From contig CT868654.1 of NCBI GenBank assembly GCA_000165425.1, forward strand, positions 124,001 to 188,000: 64,000 nt of DNA. Reading direction: 5' to 3'. Source of the stretch: Paramecium tetraurelia (Eukaryota). A program made the translations under genes and the position numbers. Positions 13,986-25,398 of this stretch are shown piece by piece. Below the pieces are notes generated by a model. It was not told where the DNA came from. It did not search any database and saw nothing but the letters and a program-made list of their open reading frames with translations. Every line of letters starts with the position of its first letter. The first letter of the stretch is position 1.

Positions 13986-16130
13986 ATGCAAGTTTTGGAA
14001 TTTCACATTTATGAAACGCAATGGATGCTACGTAAGGGGAAGTACAAATGCTTTGTAAACATCTCTGAGAAACACCTCACTCATCATTATTAATAGAGTG
14101 AACTGCCTGGAATCCAACTCCAAATGTAATTGATACGTCGATTGTTGTATTGTCGATTGAAAGTTATGCGTAAGCATTTTCTCAAGTTCAATTCGAAGCA
14201 GGGTCGGATCCTCGCTCAATTAGATCAGTGTATGCAACTCTGTCATACCATGCAGAATTATATTGCCAAATGTTAGGATGTTCTTACTGAGAGAGAAAAT
14301 CCTTCGAATCGCAAGAATAAATTCAAATAATTAGGTGATATGCAATCACCAAGAGGCAATTCCAAACTTAAACAATTCTTAATATAATTCGAACATGAGC
14401 CTTGGGATAAGAAGTCTCTTGTGTGGTTGAGATATCATGAATAAGAACTCTTTGTTTCCATCCAATAGATCCTCATGTTCAACTATTTGTACTTCAAGAT
14501 GACCAATCTCAAAGAAGCCACTCGTTTCTTACACAAACTAGTATAATTGAAATTTGTGAAAACTCAAAGATCAGTTACCATTTATCATGAAGCCCTCACT
14601 CTTCTCCACTCCGCTCATTTTGAGAACTCTTATGTCTTTCAAATTCAATTCTTTGATCCCCTCTCCAACATGCTAATGGACTAGTTGCGTGAGTACTATC
14701 GTCCCAAATCTGACTAGAAGAAATGCAAACGACTCATGAAACACTATGCCCAATTGTTTATTATCAACTTGGATTTGCAAAGCAAGTCATTGGAATACAA
14801 AGACAAGTATGATGAATCTGCATTAATGATATCCATGGCCAATTATGTATGTCAACACATCTTGACCTTTGTAGGAAGACAAGAGGAACTAATCAATTAC
14901 ATTAAATACGAATACGAATACAAACATGAAAAATATGAGCAAATCATTCTTGAGTAATAGGATCTCAATTAATTTGTTTCATTCTTGTATGGATTTGAGA
15001 AGAAACAGAATCAAGAACAAAAACAACAATTCCCTCACTAAACCAAATACGATATCAACAATAAGCATGTCTATATACTCCATCACACCAGGGCCAGGAG
15101 TGATTTCAAACCAATAGCTAAGGAACTCTCGAAAGAAGCTACCAGAGATGGAAGTTTGTTTATGCCCAATACTCCATCATGCAGTAAGGACAACACTCAG
15201 AGATTCATCAATAAACCACTACATAAGCAAAAAAGAAGGAGACATCAAGAAAACCAGAGTTACTTAAGCAAACTCATTTACTTAAGGAGTCTATCCGATT
15301 ACAAATTAGATTAAATGAATGTGGAGACCGATCTCCAGAAACATCTCAGAGGTTTGGAAGAGACTTTACACAAACTTGAACATCCCAATCAAATTAAATC
15401 TATTGACTAGGTTTTTAATCAGAAGATCGAATCAATTACCTTTGAAAAGTGTTTAACTCTAGATTAGGTTAAGGAAACGGCAAAGAAAATCATTGCTGCT
15501 GAGTGGGAAGTCCATAAAGAAATGCCTGTTACAAAGAGTCTGATGAAATCAATCTCAGTCTCAGATATCCAACTGGAGAAATTGTAGGAACAATACAGCA
15601 AATTATAAGAATACTTGGAACTTCAGAAAATTGATTATCATAATACACAGAAGGATCAGGCTCAATTGATTATGAAGGAGAATAAGGATTTGAAGAAGTT
15701 GCAATTAAATCAGCAAAAGTATTAGATGAAATTGAGACATCAGAGGGTCTAATAGTAATTCTAAATTCCAAAGAAATTATTGAATTTATAGACTGACGAA
15801 GCTGGCCTGTCTCCTAAATTCATTAAACGAAATTCTTAGATTTTGAATTCCTATAACAACACCATCTTTGAAAGAATTGATCCAGTCTTAAGACAAGATA
15901 AAGAATATTAGAAAGCGTAAAAACAATTAACGGATCTGATGGTTTCCAATCTCGAATAAAGGGATGAATTAAATTCAAAGAAACTAAACACCTTTGCAAA
16001 TGTGTTACCTAAGTCAGTAACAAGACTGCCATCACCCAAAAATTTAGATACCTACTCACAGCGATCTGATAACAAAAAGTCATTCGCTTTTTCCAATAAT
16101 TCTACCAGACTTGAAATAACCAAATTTTGA
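13986..16130 (+). CDS. Hypothetical protein, ~714 aa, C-terminal coiled-coil
   Basis: 2,145-nt ATG..TGA span that is a multiple of 3 and includes ORF-track fragment 14736-14957; no domain recognised. Confidence 0.7.
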
Positions 16131-16332
16131 TTATCATTTTTATCAAATCCAATTTATGCTCTAATTTTACATTTTATTATATTAATATACTTTTTTTTGG
16201 AGGAATTTAATCAACACTCAACTATTAAACTAAATTGTACATTTCAAGAATCAAATTAAAATGTCGATTACTTTAATATTATATTATGATAATTCATTTA
16301 TACCTATGAAAATTAAATACACCACACAATAA

Positions 16333-18620
16333 TCATATGCCATCATCATCATCTTCTCTCAAACTAATGCGTTCTCCTCTCTCAAAATTAGAATAATAAT
16401 CTTTCTTCACTTCTAACTTCTCCTTCGCCTTCATTTTCTTCCACAACACAAACCCAAAGAATGCTATCAAAGCTATCAATATTCCAATAAAGAGAGAGTT
16501 ATTCTGTTAAATTCCAACATTTTCCTTGGTATTCTCACTGATTTTCACCTTCTCATTGAGTTTCTATTCTTCCTTAATAGAAACCTGTGGTAGCATTTGA
16601 GTTTGATTTGATAAACTTTATTGTAATCCTTCTTCACATGGTGTTTCAATTGGATCCAAGTCAACGCTTATAATATATAAAATTAATAGTACCCTCCTGT
16701 GCAAAAGTCTCCCACAATTTTCCTGTATCCTTATGATTTCATGTAAGTGCCAGTACAATTCTCAGGAGGCTTCAAAATATCAATGTATTCATCTTCTTCA
16801 AATAAAGAGGCTATGGGTACACATGGTCCCCCATCAATTTTATGATAAAATCCATAATCGCATTCCCAATCTTCTATTGTGCATTCACATGAATCAATGA
16901 AATGTAATTTATCATGCTATTGTTGATTGAAGCATTTGGCATCCCTCTTTCTACGAGTGTAACGATATTTTTATCCAAAAAGACATTTACCATTTTCATA
17001 ATTTGTAGGTATCCAAAATTCATAATCGCTGTCTGGATCTAAGGGATCCCAAATACCACTGCAAGTACGCTAATGTAAGGCAGTGAAATCCACATTCAAA
17101 ATGATTCCCTTTCTTTTCTCATCAATACCTGTGACAATGAAGTTGATGTACAAACTCCTGCTGGTGATAGAGGTGACAATCATCTTAGGAATCTTGATGG
17201 AATCCCAAGTTTAACCTTCATCCCATGAGTACAACAATTCTTCAGTTAAGGACTTAGCTTTGGCCATAACAATGATACCACCCCTATCCCCAAATGAATA
17301 GATATGATGTCCTTTCCTAATTTCATACCAAGTCAAGCCTCCATCTCTTGAAAAGTAGGTGTTAATGCTCTTTTCATCTAAATACAATCCAATATTGCCT
17401 GATGCCATGATCAATCCAACAGCCTTAGATTCTCTATAGATTTTGCTTACACTTCTACCTTGGAGATGCAATGAGCAATCTCCACTGCAATGGGTCTATT
17501 GTCCATTGACATCAGTGGCTGGAGCCTTGAGAGTATGCCAAATGGCTCCCTTGTCAAAGGTGATGACAGTCTTTTTGTACTTCTCTAAATCAGATTCCTT
17601 GACAACTTTGAGTTTCTCATGATCGTAGATGTTAGCTATGTAGACCCCTCTGAGACTTTCGATCTTTTCGAAATCACACTAACCTGTATTCAAGGATCTC
17701 ACATTATTCAACAGGGAGATGGTGAACTTGAATCCTTGGAAATCGGAAGTATAGATGTTGGTGAGTTTCTTGTTGGTTTGATTGTGAGATATGGACAGGA
17801 AGATGGATTCCGACTCTGTGTCTAGGAGAGTGTAGGAGTATTGCTAATCAAATGGGATGGAAATGTTGATCATTTGAGCATAATCATAAAAGGCAGGTGC
17901 CACATGTAATCTGTAGGCAGATTGAAATTTGGAGATTACGAACATATGGAATTGAGTCTAAAAGAAACCAGTTCCATTGTTGTGTATGATTTTATACGAA
18001 TTGTAATAATCGTCTGAATAGGTGACTCTGCTTTGATTGTATTCCAAATGACATGCCACAATTCGCTCATCTGGGATCAACTCACTGTCAATGAGTTTAT
18101 CCCAAGAAGCCATCATGGCTGCACTGAGGATCCATTGCCAAGTCTTGCCTCCGTCATTGGATTTGTGAACTTCTTTGTTGAAGGGTGGATGACAGCGTTC
18201 GCAATTGGAAAAGGCCAACATCCACTCGTCATCCATCGAATTCAACTTAAAATCAGATAAAGAGCTCGGGAATGTGAACCACGTGTAATGTGATCCGCAA
18301 TCCTCAGATCTTATGCCAGTGCCATTCTTGCCAAATACATAGACAACCTCTTTGTTGGCAGGGGATGCTTGGATCTCATAGAACCAATCGTTTATGCCCA
18401 TCTTCTCGAGGACAAGGGTTTCGTCACTCCACTTGTATCCATTGTCGACACTCTTGTAAATTCGTCCCTTCTCAGACAATGCGAAGATTGTTTCCAACCA
18501 ATCTTTGCCTTCCCGATTCGAATTGCGCACCTGACAAAACTGGGGAGAGTAGAGTGCGGAATCAGCTGAGAAGAGCGTGACATTGACAGCACTCACACCA
18601 ATTATTAACAATATTAGCAT
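16333..18620 (-). CDS. Sortilin / VPS10-domain sorting receptor
   Basis: Signal peptide; BNR/Asp-box repeats (SVDNGYKW, SNDGGKTW, TFDKGAIW, SRDGGLTW); IMASGNIG; Cys-rich 10CC module (DWECDYGF, YRKIVGDFCTGG); TM helix and acidic tail (EDDDDGI*). Confidence 0.95.
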
Positions 18621-18651
18621 TGTGTTTTATTTTATTTTATGTGCTTTTAAA

Positions 18652-19037
18652 TCAAACAGCGAAGAAGCTCCTTGCCACATACTCTACTGCATCATTGACT
18701 GTTCTGAAACACTCCACATCAGTGTCTGGAAATTCTATTTCAAACTCTCTCTCAACCTCAACCATAACCTATATATTTTATATTTTTGGGGTACTTCTAC
18801 GTAAGCCATGTCTGACAAACCGATGTCAGTCCATGTGGATTGCAAAGTGATTGCAGAGGGATTCTTTACGTCGTCGTGCAAACTAATCACCTTTATCATT
18901 CGACGAGCAACAGCTTCTGGATTCACATAATAGCCTGACTTCTCATTTCTCAAAATAATTGGCTGTTCATTCGAGGCAAAGAATTTTGGTACTTAGCCGA
19001 ATTATTTGCTAAACATTTGCACAAGTCGTCTATTCAT
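18652..19037 (-). CDS. Mitochondrial acyl-carrier-protein-like protein with non-canonical pantetheinylation motif
   Basis: Presequence-like MNRRLVQMFSKQF; ACP fold pattern ...STWTDIGLSDMAYVE|VMVEVEREFEIEFPDTDVECFRTVNDAVEYV; one 26-nt intron. Confidence 0.88.
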
Positions 19038-19053
19038 ATCTTAAATAATTAAA

Positions 19054-19832
19054 ATGTCTTAAAATATATTAAAAGACATACTTGAACTGGTATGAGTAAT
19101 ATACCACATTTATAAGTTAGAAGGACCCTCTTCAGACTCTTTCAAAAGACTTGGATGCCCAATTGCTGTATATCAAAGGTGCCATACTCCAAAATTTACA
19201 GAATCAAGATTATCAGGAACTTGAGAAGTAAGTTTAAAAGTATGAGAGTGAAATCAGAAAACATATTAGAGTAAATTCATCATTCTCATCATTAGACTGA
19301 ACAATAAATTAAACTCTATTGTGAACAACTCTAACAGCAATTAGAGCAATTTCATTAAAATACTGTGAATCAGAACCTAATACACGTATAACTTCAATTC
19401 ATTTACTAGCAATTAAAAAAGGAAATTGCAACGTTATAAGAGTAAAAAAAGCATCTAATGGAAGAGAATACTTTTCTTAAGAAGAAGATACAAGAAACTA
19501 ATGAGACATAGACTCAAACCATTTCTAGCAAATAACCGCTAAAATTAGTTGATTTTATTCGGAAACAAAAACTGCCCTTTGACAAAGAAAGTTATCTCAG
19601 TAATACTATTGACACTTGCTCAATTTTAAAAAAAGAATAAATCAGATTAAACTCAAAGACAATCTCTCAATAAATCACTGAATAGAATTACGATCATAGT
19701 AGACAATTCATAAATAATTTCAATATTATTTGCAACAAATAAAAAATTACCTACAATGCTAACAGATAGAAGAAGAGTATTAGCGAACACAAGCAAATAA
19801 AACCTAAGTTAGATTTATCTTCAATAAATTGA
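19054..19832 (+). CDS. Coiled-coil hypothetical protein (ciliate YE-x-EIR-x-HIR family)
   Basis: YQELEKQVQKYESEIRKHIR|TEQQIKLYCE heptad-rich motif; three short introns; TGA 19830-19832. Confidence 0.75.
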
Positions 19833-20065
19833 ATTACTATATTTGTGTTTGATCATTTTCTAAATTATAACTAATAAATATTGACTTAAGATTTAAAATA
19901 GAAGAAATGCATTATATTTATTACATATATGTATAATATCGTGATTTGAAACATTTTAATGTTTTTGATTATAACCAAGGCTGAATCTTATTTTAAATTA
20001 AAAGCAGATTTGATTTTTAAAATATTTTTATAAATATAAATAAAAGCAAAAGATTCTTCATAAAT

Positions 20066-20798
20066 ATGGTTAAATCACAAGAATGTTCAGAAATACTAAA
20101 GCAGACCAAGAAATACCAAAAAATAGATAAGGAATAGCGCAAAATTGTCTTAGAGTTGCTAATAAGGGAAAAATTATCACTCCAAGAGGTATTCGCCATT
20201 TTCCCTAAATAATTCATCTATATATACTACTATATATATTGTTTATTCACTATTCATTTCTAGGTAGCCAACAAACTCAATTTAAAGTATTGTACAGTGA
20301 GAACGATTCAAAAAGCATATGAATAGGATGGCCGTATAGGAAAAAAGGAAACCAGAAAAAAGAAGCTCAAAGTGCAGAGCATACTCAAAGTATCGGTCTT
20401 GAATCCCCTCACGCTCTAAGTTCAACCATTGTGCATTCAATCTGATAATACTTAAGTAATACTCAATTCCGAAATTCTAGATGTACGTAGACAAGCAGCC
20501 ATCTCTGATGGATCAACTAAATTTGGCTAACGAATAAAAATAACTCATATCATCCCAATACCAGAAGCTCACCCAGGCTCTCACCTCAGAAATTAAAAAA
20601 GCCAGTTTAGTCCAACAATAGCTCTTGCAAAATCTGTTGCTCTCCTCACAGATGGTGTTCAAATAGATTCTGGACCCAAAGCCTTAAATTTAAATCAAGC
20701 AGGAATTCGATTCAGTATCCACCAGTCCCTACCCTTTTCAACCAATCTCATCCTACCCTTAATTTTACCCTTTGCCTTAACCTTTTCTCAGAACTTGA
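20066..20798 (+). CDS. Helix-turn-helix (homeodomain-like) DNA-binding protein
   Basis: KKYQKIDKEQRKIVLELLIREKLSLQE|VANKLNLKYCTVRTIQKAYEQDGRIGKK, then a Q/P-rich tail. Requires a 75-nt intron (20189-20263) and a 25-nt intron (20456-20480). Confidence 0.78.
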
Positions 20799-21021
20799 TG
20801 ATATTTACACATTTCGATCTCAATCTCCAATTTAAATTTCCGAATTTTCCAATTTTCTTAGAATTCTACATTTTAAACTGTTGACCAGATAATATAAAAT
20901 GGCTTCATTATGTTAATAGTTTGTCCATAATGCGAGCTCTTCATTTAATAATAGAGGAGTGTCATAATCACAAAATAATACTCACATATTAAGAATAGTA
21001 TGTTTAAATAAATATATATTA

Positions 21022-21132
21022 AAAACAAAGGTTTTTATTGCTCAGATTCCTTAATTCCAACTAGTCTGGAGTTCTTAAGAAAATCGTCATACTAGTAGCT
21101 CTTGTGTGTGCTACTATAAAATCCTTTGTTTT
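21022..21132 (-). promoter_or_regulatory. SECIS element (type II) in the 3' UTR of the SelK gene
   Basis: Minus strand reads AAAACAAAGG-A-TTTTAT...ATGAC-GATTTTCTTAA-GAAC-TCCA-GACTAGT-TGGA-A-TTAAGGAATC-TGAG-CA-ATAAAA-A-CCTTTGTTTT. This gives an AUGA/UGA core (21090-21087 and 21044-21041), a ~10-bp helix II, an unpaired AA, an apical mini-stem and a long helix I. Confidence 0.88.
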
Positions 21133-21146
21133 ATTAAAAGTGCAGC

Positions 21147-21464
21147 TCAGCCTCAGCTCTTGCAATCAGCTCCTCCTCCCAGCCCTCTGACAATCTTTGG
21201 CTTAGTTCCTTCCTTTCCACCATCATCATCGTCGTCATCCTTAGGTTTCCGCTTGAAAGGCATCTCTATAAATAATCAACTGCAATCATTACTATCATCA
21301 ATAATATAATTTAATTCCTCCTTCGTATACTTATTTGATTCCTTCTTCATACCAATTAAGGTGAAAAGGAAGAGAATCACCGCAAAATATAGAGTCCGAA
21401 TTATGCTCCAGGTAGAATCGATGGCTTTCACCATCGGACTTCTATTGGAAGCCAATTTAACCAT
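21147..21464 (-). CDS. SELENOK: Selenoprotein K-like protein (Sec at penultimate codon)
   Basis: MVKLASNRSP...WSIIRTLYFAVILFLFTLIG (TM helix)...DD|KMPFKRKPKDDDDDDGGKEGTKPKIVRGLGGGADCKS-TGA-GGC-TGA; one 27-nt intron; Sec TGA 21155-21153, stop TGA 21149-21147; SECIS immediately downstream. Confidence 0.88.
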
Positions 21465-21506
21465 TTAAAAATAATATTAATATAAAAGTAATATATACAT
21501 ATATAT

Positions 21507-22665
21507 TCAAGGTTAGGTTTTTAAAATATCTGACATTTGAAATTTACTAAATTTCTTTAAATTTTCCAGATTCGGATACTGCTTTTCAAATCCTTTGGCT
21601 ACACTCAATAATTTATTGGCTGATTCCATGGCATCAGCGTTGTCCATTTTCAAAGTTGAAACTATCAATGGTATTACTACCTCGGATGAAAGCGATTAAT
21701 CAATTTGCTCTACAATCTTAGAGTCTCACAATCAAAGCAGCACAGGCAATTTGAGCATAAGTGTGACTGTTGACAAATTCATAGTCATAAAGTGCCTAAA
21801 ATAAATCATACATATTTCACTAATTTAGCAAGATACAGTGTTATTTAATATAACTATTGATTCATATTCAATATGGAGAGTACAATTGTAATGACATCTA
21901 GTACAGTAATGCCAACTAAATTAAAGTCTAGAGTGCTTAAAATATTGGTTTCTTTGTCTTTAATTTCATCCTTGGTTAGTTTCTTGTGTGCAATCTTCTC
22001 GTGTACAATTTATAATTTCACTGGATAGATTTCCTCGAATTTACAAGCCATAAACATAGTAGTCACACCAACTAAATGTAAATCTTGAGGGATATGCTTT
22101 TAAGTTGTTTTAGATAGATAGGAGTCCATCAATTTGACAGCTAAAAAGAAGGTTTAATCTTTGCACTTATATGAAGTGAGTACTTCAACCATCCAATCAA
22201 TCATCTTTGCTCTCAGATTTGCACTTACTGTGTGATTGGATAAGCAATTCTTTGGTGTTAGAGTCTATTTGTTTAATCTATAAATAAATACGTTCAATTC
22301 CAAATAATAATCTAGAATGGGTTCTGAATAGTTGTTGATCAACTTACACAACTCATTTGATTGTGTTTCCACTTATTTGGGCTTTACAGGGGATTATTTT
22401 TATGGAGAGGAAGTGGTTTGGGTTTTTAGTTTAGTTTCTGGTTTACAGAACACGAGGGGATGAGAGGAAATAGAGGTGTAATTGTTTTTAAGTTCTAGAG
22501 CTTTCAAGTCATTTTCTTATGGATATTTTATTTAATATTACTTCTATTTCCACCAATCAAGGATAGTGAAACCAATTGGGTTAGTGATTTATTCTAATGC
22601 CTAGGGTTATTGGAGACCTCAGCTTAATTCTCTTTTTCAAAGATCTTCTTGGACATGTCTTTCAT
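21507..22665 (-). CDS. Cyclin (A/B-type cyclin box)
   Basis: NLRAKMIDWMVEVLTSYKCKDQTFFLAVKLMDSYL...LHLVGVTTMFMACKFEEIYP; several short introns. Confidence 0.93.
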
Positions 22666-22816
22666 TATCTTAACAGTTAGATTTTATTAATAAAGTAAAA
22701 AATAATTTATTTATTATATTGTTTTATCTTTGTTTAACCCCCTTCTAAAATTGAGATTAAAAAGAAGAGAATTTAAAGCATTTTTATCAAAAAAAACCCC
22801 CATTTAGGTTATAAAA

Positions 22817-23280
22817 TCATACTGTTAATTTTCTGTACCTTTGAGCTCCGCATTCAGCACAGTGAATTTTATAGTATTAATTAATCTTTTCGCATTTTTA
22901 GCACTACCATTCAAACTCAAATAAATCATATTTTTGTTCTTCTAATTTAATTGTTTTTTACATGTTTCTTTTGTGATCTATTTCAAGATTGGTTCCATCG
23001 ATGGTAATTTATCAAATGAGAACTTATTGTTGCCATTATCTTTTTTCTCCCCAGAAGATTTATTAGATCTATCAGATATTGGTGGAATATCACCATTGCT
23101 CTCTGTCAAAAACAAAGCAGATTTGAATCCCTTATTTTCATTATCTTTATAATTCTTCAACGTATGGCATCTATTGCAAGTGTCTCTAAATGCAAAATTC
23201 ATATTATTGCAGCTACCACAAATCCAATCTCCCTACCGCTGTCTATGATTTATTTTATTCTTCCCTTTCTACTAAGCCAT
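22817..23280 (-). CDS. RanBP2-type zinc-finger protein (two fingers)
   Basis: RQGDWICGSCNNMNFAFRDTCNRC; a 20-nt intron restores a second finger WQCQKCEKINQYYKIHCAECG. Confidence 0.88.
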
Positions 23281-23309
23281 TATATTTATTATAATAATTA
23301 ATAACAAAA

Positions 23310-24827
23310 TCAATCATCATCAGATAATTTAACCACCACATACGATGATGAACTAGAAGCATTCAAATGTAAATATTTGAACACATACAATGGGATCATA
23401 GCGAACATAAAGAAATAGAACAACAAAAACGCCACACTCTCCATCTATAAACTATCAAATCAATGACATTACCAAAAAGAACGAGGCTCCCCATTCATAC
23501 ATTCGACTATTCAAAGCAATCGATTCCACATTCAATGCAAAAATCCACCCTGGGATCGTAAAAAAGTTAGCCACTATTATTCTTAGAACTCTTCTTCTCT
23601 TATCTCCCTTGTACCATTCCAGTGAATTTATGTGTCTAAAGCAATGTGAAACTCCAAACAAAGCGCCAATCAAAGCAAAGATCACACTCGTTTTTTAGAA
23701 TGTAAAGTGAGGTCCCATCAACAATTACGCAGGTATTTTCATTGCATTGATATCTGTCATGTAGAGACAATTCATAAAATTATTGGCCCATTCTATGTTG
23801 ACCAATTCATACTCGTTGGATATCAACATGGCTGCTATCGTTTCCGTTATCAACAGGAAGAAGGATATGTAAAATACATATCGCTTTGAATCCTAAAATC
23901 TTAAATTTAATATTATTACTATGTTCATTATGGTGGAATGCTTTATTATATTGTTGATCTAATTCTCAAAGGTCACATAAAATGCATAAAATACAAAACA
24001 ATAAATCAAACCTAATATCATATTTATCAAATATTATAAAGCCATTAAAAATAACAATATAGAATACAGAAAAATAAAGAGTGATATGCAGAGTTAAACT
24101 ATTTTTACTTTTCTATCGATCTTCTCATCATAAGTCTTAAATGACCTTGTATGATTCTTAGTCTTGTAACAATATACGGTATAAAACAAAGTGAATGCCA
24201 ATTGGCAAACAAATGATGATGGATTTCCATAACTTGGTATACAAAGTGAAGTCACTAACTTATTCTTATAAATGACTATACCTTCTCATCCACCCAAAAT
24301 GGTCTCGGATCTGAATATATCAATTATAAGAATGCTACCAAAAACACGCTCAAATAAGATGTATACAATATTTTAACAGCGATCAATGCATCAAATCCAA
24401 CATATAAGGTAATAAAGTAATTTGTGAATATCATAATAGAGATACCATTTCTATGTACACTCCCTGCCATATCAAATAAAAAATTATCATTAAAATAATC
24501 CATTTCATCAAACTCAGTCAATTTTGATTTTCTTAAGTTGAATAGGTTCTGGAAATCACTCAAAAGCTCATTCTCAACCCCTATGATAATTGAATATAGA
24601 ATTCTTTCTAATATAATGAATAGGGTGATAATGAATAGAATTGTAAATTATCTAATTAATCTCTTTTTATTTCTCTCAAGATGATCATCATTGATCTTCT
24701 TTTACTTGATCTTGTCCTCAATACTTAAATTAGTGAATGTCCTAGGCTCTTCCTACTCATTCTAAACCCCTTCGTCTTCTTTTACTTCTGAGTCTTTATT
24801 TTCACTTTATATATTAAGTGGATTCAT
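23310..24827 (-). CDS. PAP2/glucose-6-phosphatase-like multi-pass membrane protein, catalytic motifs degenerate
   Basis: LQLIYSDPRPFW...C..SYGNPSSF and several hydrophobic helices; short introns; TGA 23312-23310. Confidence 0.82.
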
Positions 24828-25114
24828 ACAATATAATATAATTAATTAAATTATTATAACACGTAATACTAGAGATTCTCAATCAACCAAGTTCTTCAAT
24901 ATTTGTGATCTTATTTATCAAATTATTATAACATAGCCTATAAAACCTCTATTCAATGTTAATATTCCATTATGGCAGTTAGATATTCATAGTAGAATTA
25001 TATATTTAAAAATTCAACATTTTATGAAAATGGACAAATATTTCTATAGTGATAAGACCTTTTGAAAAAATCATTGTAAGAATTTAATTGTTTGTAAGGA
25101 TTTTAAATTCAATT

Positions 25115-25397
25115 NNNNNNNNNNNNNNNNNNNNNNNNNNNNNNNNNNNNNNNNNNNNNNNNNNNNNNNNNNNNNNNNNNNNNNNNNNNNNNNNNNNNNN
25201 NNNNNNNNNNNNNNNNNNNNNNNNNNNNNNNNNNNNNNNNNNNNNNNNNNNNNNNNNNNNNNNNNNNNNNNNNNNNNNNNNNNNNNNNNNNNNNNNNNNN
25301 NNNNNNNNNNNNNNNNNNNNNNNNNNNNNNNNNNNNNNNNNNNNNNNNNNNNNNNNNNNNNNNNNNNNNNNNNNNNNNNNNNNNNNNNNNNNNNNNN
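25115..25397. other. Assembly gap (run of N) covering the 5' end of the surface antigen gene
   Basis: Continuous n characters. Confidence 0.99.
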
Positions 25398-25398
25398 G

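Noticed and set aside
1..18620. BEACH protein, trichocyst matrix protein and sortilin as a secretory-granule gene cluster
   Set aside because: They are interspersed with unrelated genes and belong to large families; nothing in the sequence indicates co-regulation.
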